A stretch of DNA of 64,000 bases, taken from an uncultured Thiotrichaceae bacterium. Its GTDB lineage: Bacteria; Pseudomonadota; Gammaproteobacteria; SZUA-229. The DNA lies in NCBI GenBank assembly GCA_964522445.1, contig CAZFUY010000004.1, positions 1 to 64,000 on the forward strand. Direction: 5' to 3'. A program made the translations under genes and the position numbers. The notes below the pieces were generated by a model. That model had not been told where the DNA came from. It saw nothing but the letters and a program-made list of their open reading frames with translations, and ran no database searches. Position 1 is the stretch's first letter; the number at the start of each line of letters is the position of its first letter. Of this stretch, positions 8,076-16,749 are shown piece by piece.

Positions 8076-11000
8076 TTATTCCTCATATTTACCTCTGGAA
8101 AAAGTTTCATATAAAACAGGTACAACAAATAATGTTAATAGTGTTGCACTAATTAAACCGCCGACAACCACCGTCGCCAGAGGTCGCTGAATTTCTGAAC
8201 CCACTCCAGTTGCTAATAACATAGGAATAAGTCCCAGTGCAGCAATAGATGCTGTCATTAATACCGGGCGTAAACGTGATAAGGCGCCTTCAAATACAGA
8301 CTGTTTAATATCCAGCCCACCTTCAAAGCGCTGGTTAATAGCATTCACCATAACCACACCATTGAGCACAGCAACACCAAACAGAGCAATAAAACCAATA
8401 GAACCTGGCACAGATAAATACTGTCCCGAAATATACAGTGCCGCTATACCACCAATTAATGCCAGTGGTACGTTCAGCATAATTAACATGGCCTGCCCCA
8501 CTGAGCTAAATGCAAAGTACAGCAACAGGAATATTAAGCCTAGTGATAAGGGCACAACAATCATCAATCGAGCCTGCGCACGTTGCTGATTTTCAAACTG
8601 ACCGCCATAAACTACTGAGTAGCCCGCAGGTAAATCAATTTCATTTTTAATGCGCTCATCTATTTCAGCAACGAAGCCTCCCATATCCCGATCTTTTACA
8701 TTGGCCTGAATCACTACACGACGTTGTACATCATCACGACGAATTTGTGGTGGCCCCGATTCAATCGCTACATTTGCAACATCACCCAGACGAACCCATG
8801 ATCCACTGGCAGACTGTAATATTAATCCCTTAATGGCCTGAATATTATTACGATATTCTTCGGCAAGACGAACATAAATATCATAACGCTCATTACCATT
8901 AATAACCTGCCCAGCAACCTGACCACCAATTGCATCACCCACCAGACTCATCACCTGATCCATTGGTATACCATGTCGAGCCAGTTGATCACGATCTGGA
9001 CGAATCACCAACTGAGCTTCACCCGCAATGGGTTCCATAGCAATGCCCACACTGCCTTCGATGGTTTTAACCAGCTTTTCTATTTCACTGCCTTTTTGCG
9101 CCAGTACGGCAAGATCAGGGCCAAACAATTTAATCGCCAGTTGCGCCTTAATACCAGACAGCAATTCATCTACGCGTGTTGCAATAGGCTGAGAGAAGGA
9201 AAATAACAGCCCCGGCATAACCGACATTTTTTCTTCCATTAATGCCTGTAATTCCTTGCGATTACTGGCGCTGGTCCATTCATCAACAGGCTTTGTACCC
9301 ACATAAATTTCTACATTTGATACGGGTTCAGGGTCACCGCCAATTTCTGCACGACCAATTCGGCTGGTTGCATATTCCACTTCAGGGAATGTCATTAATA
9401 TACGTTCCATTTCACCCGCAACCTGAAGTGATGTATCCATACTGGATGAAGGTGCCAGCGTGACTCGAATATTAATCGTGCCTTCTTCAAGTTCTGGAAC
9501 AAATTCTGTGCCCAGAAAAGGCAGCAGAACCAGTGAACCAATAAATAGCCCAACCGCAGCAATAACCACGCGAGATTTACACGCCAGCCCAATACCAAGA
9601 AGTTTTCGGTAGCTTTTTTCAACAGGGGCAAAAATCGGATTGTGTTTTTCCTTAACCCCTGAAGTAAAGAGATAAGAGGCCATTGCTGGAACAACCATAA
9701 GCGCCACAAACAAAGATGCCAGCATCGCCAGCACAATAGATATAGCCATCGGCTGAAACAGCTTGCCTTCAACACCTTCCAGTGAAAACAGAGGCGCAAA
9801 GACAATGGTAATAATCATCACTGCAAAAAACACTGGACGCCCCACTTCCTTGGCCGATTCCATTATGCGTAAAGGCATACCACGTTTATCATGCTCGGCA
9901 TCACTGTCACCATTTTCATGCTGTTGATCCGGGTGAGTAAGGTGGCTGAAAATATGTTCCATCATTACCACCGAACCATCCACCATCATACCTATGGCTA
10001 TCGCCAGCCCGCCTAATGACATCAGATTGGCAGAAACACCCCAGTAGGCCATAGCCATTAGAGCCAGACCAATAGATAGAGGTACAGACAACAGCACCAG
10101 TAAAGTCGCTCGAATATTCATCAGGAAGACCATCAAAATAATAACGATCAACACAAAAGCTTCCAGTAGCGCTTTACTCACTGTGGATACAGCTTTTTCA
10201 ACCAGATCAGCCTGATCATAAACCGTATCAATAGTGACACCGTCTGGCAGAGCCTGTTGAATTAAAGGCAGACGCGATTTTATGCTATCAATGGTTGACT
10301 TGGTGTTCGCACCCATGCGCTTTAATACCACGCCGGTCATCACTTCACCCAGTGATTCAGGGTTACCATCAGCATCACGCCGCGATAGCGTTACCGCACC
10401 CTGTCGAATTTCTGCACCAAATTCCACACTTGCCACATCACGCACATAAACAACAATTCCATCTTCTTCTTTCAATGGCGTATTGCCAATATCACGCAAA
10501 CCCTCTTCATTAGAGCGCAACCAGCCAACACCACGAATGACCAGCTGCTCCTGACCTCTATCCATGTACCAGCCACCTGCATTACGGTTGCTGGCTTCTA
10601 TGGCGGCAGATATATCATCAATACTAATGTCATACGCCAGTAACTTTTTAGGATCAACCTGCACCTGATACTGGCGCACTTCACCACCAAAAGACAGGAT
10701 TTCAGTAACACCTTCAACCGGCATCAGCAGTAATTTAACCACCCAGTCATTGAGACTGCGCAGCGTCATAATGTCATATTTTTTCGGATCTTCTGCACGG
10801 ATAATATATTGGAACACCATGCTTAGACCGGAAACATTCGGCCCCATTTCGGGCGTACCTATGCCATCTGGCACCTGCTCTTTTGCTGCCTGCAAACGCT
10901 CAAACACCAGTGACCGAGCAAAGTAGATATCTGTACCTTCCTTAAACACAACCGTCACCATAGACAGGCCGGTTTTGGAAATAGAACGCACCTCTTTCAC

Positions 11001-11234
11001 ATCAGGCAGACTGTACATTACCGCCTCAACGGGGAAAGTGATCAGCTGTTCCACTTCTTCTGAAGCCAGACCCTCAGCTACGGTATTAATGGTAACCTGA
11101 ACATTGGACACATCTGGAAACGCATCCAGATTAAGTTTGGGTAATATCAGACCCGCACCCAGTAGCGTGGCAATTAAAGCCAGAACCACTAACAGGCGAC
11201 TGCGGACTGATATTTCAATCAGTTTATTTAACAT
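8076..11234 (-). CDS. czcA: Heavy-metal efflux RND transporter, CzcA/CusA family
   Basis: 1052 aa with 12-TM RND architecture and two large periplasmic loops. It is last in a three-gene OMF-adaptor-pump set. Confidence 0.85.
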   Translation of the reverse strand: MLNKLIEISVRSRLLVVLALIATLLGAGLILPKLNLDAFPDVSNVQVTINTVAEGLASEEVEQLITFPVEAVMYSLPDVKEVRSISKTGLSMVTVVFKEGTDIYFARSLVFERLQAAKEQVPDGIGTPEMGPNVSGLSMVFQYIIRAEDPKKYDIMTLRSLNDWVVKLLLMPVEGVTEILSFGGEVRQYQVQVDPKKLLAYDISIDDISAAIEASNRNAGGWYMDRGQEQLVIRGVGWLRSNEEGLRDIGNTPLKEEDGIVVYVRDVASVEFGAEIRQGAVTLSRRDADGNPESLGEVMTGVVLKRMGANTKSTIDSIKSRLPLIQQALPDGVTIDTVYDQADLVEKAVSTVSKALLEAFVLIVIILMVFLMNIRATLLVLLSVPLSIGLALMAMAYWGVSANLMSLGGLAIAIGMMVDGSVVMMEHIFSHLTHPDQQHENGDSDAEHDKRGMPLRIMESAKEVGRPVFFAVMIITIVFAPLFSLEGVEGKLFQPMAISIVLAMLASLFVALMVVPAMASYLFTSGVKEKHNPIFAPVEKSYRKLLGIGLACKSRVVIAAVGLFIGSLVLLPFLGTEFVPELEEGTINIRVTLAPSSSMDTSLQVAGEMERILMTFPEVEYATSRIGRAEIGGDPEPVSNVEIYVGTKPVDEWTSASNRKELQALMEEKMSVMPGLLFSFSQPIATRVDELLSGIKAQLAIKLFGPDLAVLAQKGSEIEKLVKTIEGSVGIAMEPIAGEAQLVIRPDRDQLARHGIPMDQVMSLVGDAIGGQVAGQVINGNERYDIYVRLAEEYRNNIQAIKGLILQSASGSWVRLGDVANVAIESGPPQIRRDDVQRRVVIQANVKDRDMGGFVAEIDERIKNEIDLPAGYSVVYGGQFENQQRAQARLMIVVPLSLGLIFLLLYFAFSSVGQAMLIMLNVPLALIGGIAALYISGQYLSVPGSIGFIALFGVAVLNGVVMVNAINQRFEGGLDIKQSVFEGALSRLRPVLMTASIAALGLIPMLLATGVGSEIQRPLATVVVGGLISATLLTLFVVPVLYETFSRGKYEE

Positions 11235-11255
11235 GTCATTCTCTCTAAGATTCTT

Positions 11256-12452
11256 TTAGTGGTTGTGAACTTCAAAGCCGCTTTTCGCCAGTTCTGACTG
11301 CACGAAAAAAGCCCCTTTAACAACAACAGGCGTACCGGGTTTCAGACCTTCAATAATCGCCTTACCATTGATGACACGTATTAGTTCAACTTCTACACCC
11401 TTAAATTCACCGGCTTCATCCTGCTCAACCAGCACTTGCCAGTCACCATCAGGGCTGCGCATAACCGCAGCTTCTGGTAGCGCCAGAGCCATGACTGCAT
11501 CCGCCTGAGCCAAAGTTTCAATTTGGGTATTAACAAATAAACCGGGGTGCAATGCATCATTATTATTTTCGACACTCAGACGAATACCCGTGGTACGCGT
11601 AATTTCATCCAGCGCATGTGAAATTTGAGAGACCTTTGCAGGGAAAATCTGACCATTAAATTGCACACTGGCATTATTGCCAATGCTAATCTGGCTAGCG
11701 ATAGAAGGCGTCACATTGGCCATAACCCATAAACTGGATTCATCTGTAATAAGGCTAAGCTCCTGACCCGGCTCTACCTGCTGCCCTTTAATAAAACCTT
11801 CCTTTAATACTGTTCCATCAGTAGTCGCCAGCAGTTCAAAGCGACCATTGGCGCGGGAGAAATCTTTGCTATCAATGAGTGCATTAATTTGAGCTTCCGT
11901 CATACCGTAGGCTCTTACTTTGGCTTTTGCCAGTTCCCAGTTAACACGTGCTTCTGTGTAACGACGCTCAGATACAACTTTACGCCCCAGTTTTTTTACA
12001 CGCTTCCACTCACGATCAACCACCAGAACATTGCCCTGTGCTTCTGCCATTTCTACACTGGATAAGGTAACAATGGGCTGGCCTTTGCGCACGGTTTCTC
12101 CCAGCACAACATGACGTTCAATCAACTGTGCAGAAATACGTGGCGTAATAGAGGCTGTTTTATAGGTGTTAAACCTTACTTCACCGGGGGCTTTAATCAC
12201 TGACTGAATTTTTTGCAGTTGCAGAGGTTTTACAACAACACCGGCTATTTTCATTTGCTCTGTGCCTAGTTTGGTGACACCTTCTTCATGTTCACCGCCA
12301 TGCTCATCCCCGTGTTCATCCCCGTGTTCGTCATGAGATGCTTCTGCTGTATCTTCATGATTATCATTATGATCATCCGCTGCCACAACCAGAGGTAAGT
12401 GAGAGAGAGAACTGCCAAGTAATATCAGCATAAATAAGTTTTTAATATTCAT
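11256..12452 (-). CDS. czcB: RND efflux periplasmic adaptor (CzcB/CusB-like) with His/Asp/Glu-rich N-terminus
   Basis: 398 aa with a signal peptide and an N-terminal tract HNDNHEDTAEASHDEHGDEHGDEHGGEHEEG. Adaptor-type beta-sandwich/beta-barrel sequence follows. Confidence 0.8.
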   Translation of the reverse strand: MNIKNLFMLILLGSSLSHLPLVVAADDHNDNHEDTAEASHDEHGDEHGDEHGGEHEEGVTKLGTEQMKIAGVVVKPLQLQKIQSVIKAPGEVRFNTYKTASITPRISAQLIERHVVLGETVRKGQPIVTLSSVEMAEAQGNVLVVDREWKRVKKLGRKVVSERRYTEARVNWELAKAKVRAYGMTEAQINALIDSKDFSRANGRFELLATTDGTVLKEGFIKGQQVEPGQELSLITDESSLWVMANVTPSIASQISIGNNASVQFNGQIFPAKVSQISHALDEITRTTGIRLSVENNNDALHPGLFVNTQIETLAQADAVMALALPEAAVMRSPDGDWQVLVEQDEAGEFKGVEVELIRVINGKAIIEGLKPGTPVVVKGAFFVQSELAKSGFEVHNH

Positions 12453-12454
12453 AA

Positions 12455-13723
12455 TTAATTCTTTTCCTGTAAATCGATATTCAACCAGTTATCAATACTG
12501 GCCGTCAGGCTCATCCAGTCGAAGGCGGCCTGCCAGAGATGGTTGCGTAATTCAAGACCTGTGGCCTGTGTTTCCAGCGCCTGCTTAAGCTGCAATAAAT
12601 AATCAGCAGCACTGATATCACCCGCCTGCCAAAGCTGTTTAATCAGTTTTAATTGCTGATTAACGCTAAAGCGGCTGTGCTTGCGCCAGCTATTCCAGGC
12701 TTTCAATAAATTGCGATAACGTTCAGTGGTAATAATCAACGTGCCTCGCACATCACGGTATGCCCGTTGCGCCCGCTGTTCACTGACAATCAAATCCTGC
12801 TGGGCCGCATCTACCTCTGCACTGTAACTATTGCGAATATTTAAAGGAATGCTGAGATTAAAACCAATCAGGTCTTCATCCCCTTCTGTACCCGCTGAAA
12901 CACTAATAGTCGGATCCCATGATTTTTCGCTTTTACGCAACGCAACCTGCTGCCGTGCAACTTGCACTTCTGCAAGCTGTGTACGAATAACAGGTAATTG
13001 CTGTAGAAAAGCATCCAGATCTTTTTTAAGAGCAGGCTCTGGTAACTGTTCGGGCAAAGCCGGCAGAGAAGATGGCAGCGTGCCCAGTATGGCACGAAGT
13101 TTTTCGCGTGCCTCCGCTGCATTGGACAGAGTATTAGCCTGCTCCATTAATGCCTGATTGTAAGCCAGTCGAGCCAGATTCAGTTCCACCTGATTCAAAT
13201 CACCCGCCTGATAACGGCGCTCGGCAATTTGTTTAAACTCCTGCATCAGCTTGAGTGTTTCATTACTCAGCTGAGCCAGTTCTTTCTCTGTCTGATTTTC
13301 TGCCAAACCTGTTAGCAGACCACTAATAAACGACTGCATTGTCATTTTATAACTGGCAATAATCTTACGCAGTTCAGCCTCTGCCATTGCAGTGCGGCTG
13401 CCCTGCTGATCACCCCAGTCGATGGTCTGACTAATACCTATGCTCTGTGTTTTGACATCTGTATCTTCATAGTCAAATTCAAGTTCCGGGTTATAAAGTG
13501 CCTGATCAGATGCCCGCAACTTTGCATAGGCAGACTGAATCTCTGCTTTTGCAGCAAGCAAATCGGGATGATCAGTCAGGCTATTTTTTATAAAGCCTGT
13601 TAAAGCTGGGGATGCACCCTTTGTAATACCCGATGCTGGCTCTGCTAATGCAGTATTGGTTAACGCAATAGCAGCAAGCAATATTATCCACGCAGCAAGC
13701 TGCCGGGGATTTAAAATCTTCAT
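12455..13723 (-). CDS. czcC: TolC-family outer membrane factor of the metal RND pump (CzcC-like)
   Basis: ORF 12455..13783. Start moved to ATG 13723 (MKILNPRQLAAWIILLAAIALTNTALA signal peptide). Sequence is helical-repeat-rich and OMF-like. The stop lies 2 nt before the czcB start. Confidence 0.75.
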   Translation of the reverse strand: MKILNPRQLAAWIILLAAIALTNTALAEPASGITKGASPALTGFIKNSLTDHPDLLAAKAEIQSAYAKLRASDQALYNPELEFDYEDTDVKTQSIGISQTIDWGDQQGSRTAMAEAELRKIIASYKMTMQSFISGLLTGLAENQTEKELAQLSNETLKLMQEFKQIAERRYQAGDLNQVELNLARLAYNQALMEQANTLSNAAEAREKLRAILGTLPSSLPALPEQLPEPALKKDLDAFLQQLPVIRTQLAEVQVARQQVALRKSEKSWDPTISVSAGTEGDEDLIGFNLSIPLNIRNSYSAEVDAAQQDLIVSEQRAQRAYRDVRGTLIITTERYRNLLKAWNSWRKHSRFSVNQQLKLIKQLWQAGDISAADYLLQLKQALETQATGLELRNHLWQAAFDWMSLTASIDNWLNIDLQEKN

Positions 13724-13791
13724 GTGTAATTCCTGATTAAAAAATAAAAAACGATAAGCCGTTGTGTTATCACAACACAACATTTTGAAAT

Positions 13792-13958
13792 TCCAGGGAT
13801 ACGCTGATTAAGCATGGTTAGAATTAGGCTGGGAAAAAATGGTTTGTATTTTTCACGAAGTGAGGCGAAATAGTCGCTCTATTGCAACGAACTTCGGGGT
13901 AAATACAAGCCATTTTAGCCCGCTTAAAATAATCAGGCTTGATCAGTGTATCCCTGGA
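13792..13958. repeat. 167-bp imperfect long hairpin element between the czcI-like gene and czcC
   Basis: Outer arms tccagggatacgctgattaagc (13792-13813) and gcttgatcagtgtatccctgga (13937-13958). Inner arms aaaatggtttgtattt and aaatacaagccatttt. The right end abuts the stop codon at 13959-13961. Confidence 0.7.
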
Positions 13959-14282
13959 TTAAGCCTGAGGCGGTTGAAAAGGTGGCGCAAGAATAAGTGA
14001 ATGAAAATGCTCATTGAGAACAGGGAAGATTATTGCAGTATCAACTGTAGATAGCTGTATTGTCTGACTAATAAACCCCACCATATGAGAAGAAATATGG
14101 CAAAAATGATCGCAGCTGGACTCATCAATACAACTTACTGCCACAGTTTCATGAGCGGAATCATTTTGTGAGTGGACAAGATGCGATTCCGTTGTGTCCT
14201 CATTATATATATTCATTGCCGAGACCAGATTAACGGCCAGCAAATTTAGTATAACAAACATTATAAGGATCGGTGATTTCAT
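13959..14282 (-). CDS. Small secreted Cys/His-rich protein in the CzcI position upstream of czcCBA
   Basis: About 107 aa from ATG 14282 (the ORF track starts at GTG 14291). Signal peptide MKSPILIMFVILNLLAVNLVSA. Metal-ligand-rich core SCIDESSCDHFCHISSH and C-terminal HFHSLILAPPFQPPQA. It is a paralogue of 33976..34317. Confidence 0.55.
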   Translation of the reverse strand: MKSPILIMFVILNLLAVNLVSAMNIYNEDTTESHLVHSQNDSAHETVAVSCIDESSCDHFCHISSHMVGFISQTIQLSTVDTAIIFPVLNEHFHSLILAPPFQPPQA

Positions 14283-14407
14283 CGGGCACACTATCGCATG
14301 GATGCTTTAATTTTTCAATTAACAACAGGTAGACTACTTTCCTTAATAAAGTTCAATAATTATGCTACGAATCTTTTAATAGATAGGCGCTTTTTAGCAG
14401 TACATTT

Positions 14408-16426
14408 TTAAACTTTAAATCTCGACACCAGCCCATGAAGCGTCGAACTCAACTCCGCAAGATCTGCACTGGCCAGTGTTGTCTGTTGTGCGCCAGCTGT
14501 GGTCTCGTTAGCAATTTCTGAAATATTTGTTATATTTCGATTAATCTCTTCGGCTGTAGCACTTTGCTGTTCTGCTGCACTGGCTATCTGAGTACTCATA
14601 TCATTAATGCGTTCTACGGCTGTTGAAATAATTGAAAGAGATGATCCCGCTTTAGTGGCCTGCTCAACCACAGACTGTGCTTCTTCACGACTTCTATTCA
14701 TAGCCTCTACCGCATTTCGCGAACCTGCCTGCAGTTTTTCGATAACCTGATTAATTTCTTCTGTGGACTGCTGAGTACGTCCGGCCAGCGTCCTCACTTC
14801 ATCTGCAACTACCGCAAATCCACGCCCCTGCTCTCCTGCTCGAGCCGCTTCAATAGCGGCATTTAATGCCAGCAGATTAGTTTGCTCTGCGACACTTTTA
14901 ATGACATCCAGCACAGCATTTATATTATCACTGTCCTGTTCCAGTTGATGAATAGTATCTGCTGTACCATCAAGATGACTGGCAAGATGCTGAATAGCAC
15001 TAACCGCATCATCAACAACTCTGCGACCATTCGCAGTTTCTAAATTAGCTTCCTGAGCAGCCTGAGCAGTACCTGTAATGTTTCTGCTCACTTCCTGAAC
15101 TGTGGCACTCATTTCATTCATTGCAGTGGCTACCTGCTCTGTTTGAGCCTGCTGCTCATAAATGCTTTGACTTGTTTCTCCAGATGTTGCAGATAGCTCT
15201 TCTGAAGTACTTGCTATTCGATGTACCGAGCCAGAAATTTGCTGAATAACTTCATTTAAACTACCAGACATATGATTAATAGATTCTGCTAATTCTGTAA
15301 GTTCATCATTTCCTTTTGCCTTCAGCTCATCTCCGGTCAGATCACCACTGGCAATTGCTTTTGCACGACTCACTACTTCACTTAATGGCACTGTAATCAT
15401 GCGGCTAATATAAACCGAGATAAATGCACCTATAACCAGTGAAAGCAATGCGCCTAATATTAAAACAAATTTCATTGTTACCATTTCACTTTCCAGTAAC
15501 TTTTTATCCACCTCCGCCAGTCGATCCTGAGACTCACGCATTTGTTTTAAAATTTCCATAATGGCACTGGCTTTAGGCGCTGCTTTAGTGCCTAGCCAGT
15601 AATTAGCAAGATTCCAGTCTTTGGCTGAACGCAATTTGAACATTTTAGATGGTAATGGAGAAAACTCTGCTCGTAAGGTTTTATAATTTAACCACGCTTT
15701 ATCCTGCTTACTATTGAATAACTCTGTCATACTTAAAATCTGTTTATAACGAGTTTCATTAATCTCCCATCTGGCATTGAATTTTTTTACAAAATTTTCA
15801 TCACCCGAAAGCAGATAAGCACGGATATTAGCCAGACCTAATGCAAAAGAACCTCGACTATCAGCCAGCAATTTTAATAGTTTTTTATGTTGTGGCGTTG
15901 CTTCTAACCTGGCTTCCTCATCAATCATGATGGTAATAGCTTCAACAATTTTTGCCGCCCGCGGAGCGGCTTCTGTTAGCAGTAAGTTAACACTGGGGAT
16001 ATTTTTTGATGTGTGTGAAATATCTTCTATTTCCTGCTGTGCCTTACGAAACTGTTCTATATGAACTTTTATTTCATTTAACATTTCAAAGTTTTTGGGA
16101 TCGGTCCAGTTTCTGGAAAAATCATCCATTTGCTGCACCGCAAGATCAATTTGCTTCCAGCCACTCAGTCGCTCCACTTTAAATTTCTCAGCTTTAGCAG
16201 GATCTTTACCCAGAATAATATAACCACGCAGCCCAGCAAGGGAAAGGTGAATACCATCCGTTAGAGACATCCCGGCCATTACTGTTGGTAAACGCATATC
16301 AATAAGTCGATACTCAACTTTTTCAACACTATCCATTTTAATAAAATTATTAATTGACATCAGTAAAACAATCACTAACACCAAACCAAAACCTAAAAAT
16401 AACTTATTCTGAATTGTTAGTTTCAA
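14408..16426 (-). CDS. Methyl-accepting chemotaxis protein with a large helical periplasmic sensor domain
   Basis: ORF 14408..16513. Probable start is TTG 16426 ([22 protein letters not shown]), preceded by GAGG 7 nt upstream. It has a HAMP domain and a conserved MCP signalling hairpin ([32 protein letters not shown]). Confidence 0.85.
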   Translation of the reverse strand: MKLTIQNKLFLGFGLVLVIVLLMSINNFIKMDSVEKVEYRLIDMRLPTVMAGMSLTDGIHLSLAGLRGYIILGKDPAKAEKFKVERLSGWKQIDLAVQQMDDFSRNWTDPKNFEMLNEIKVHIEQFRKAQQEIEDISHTSKNIPSVNLLLTEAAPRAAKIVEAITIMIDEEARLEATPQHKKLLKLLADSRGSFALGLANIRAYLLSGDENFVKKFNARWEINETRYKQILSMTELFNSKQDKAWLNYKTLRAEFSPLPSKMFKLRSAKDWNLANYWLGTKAAPKASAIMEILKQMRESQDRLAEVDKKLLESEMVTMKFVLILGALLSLVIGAFISVYISRMITVPLSEVVSRAKAIASGDLTGDELKAKGNDELTELAESINHMSGSLNEVIQQISGSVHRIASTSEELSATSGETSQSIYEQQAQTEQVATAMNEMSATVQEVSRNITGTAQAAQEANLETANGRRVVDDAVSAIQHLASHLDGTADTIHQLEQDSDNINAVLDVIKSVAEQTNLLALNAAIEAARAGEQGRGFAVVADEVRTLAGRTQQSTEEINQVIEKLQAGSRNAVEAMNRSREEAQSVVEQATKAGSSLSIISTAVERINDMSTQIASAAEQQSATAEEINRNITNISEIANETTAGAQQTTLASADLAELSSTLHGLVSRFKV

Positions 16427-16749
16427 AAGCGATACCTCAACAAAAATTCTAAAGACATTGTGATATTTACATATTTGATATTTATCACAACCCTTTATAT
16501 AGAGCACCCTCACAATAAAATCTATTTATTTTTGAAAATGACCATTTATAATGAGTAATTTTTTATATCACTTTAATATGTGAGGGTATTACTTAAAGAA
16601 AGGGTATTGAAAGCCCGGCTAAACTGCACCAAGCACTCACTTAATTATGTTGATATTTAATAAAAAAATATAACCATACAGAATACAGAGTTTTTATTTA
16701 TATAAAACACAAATTACAGGAATCTATCTGTAGTCGAGGCTTTTAACTT

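Noticed and set aside
8362-10513. Nested or antisense ORFs inside czcA (8362-8589, 8973-9206, 9242-9463, 9395-9805, 10295-10513), and similar ones inside czcC, purF, trpB, metZ and others
   Set aside because: They lie entirely within strongly supported longer genes and show no recognisable motifs. They are typical shadow ORFs.
13724-13783. Longest-ORF N-terminal extensions (czcC 13783, accD 29038, asd 39770, dedD 26750, MCP 16513, CDF 1679)
   Set aside because: In each case an internal start gives the canonical family N-terminus or signal peptide. It also removes overlap with repeat elements or upstream genes.
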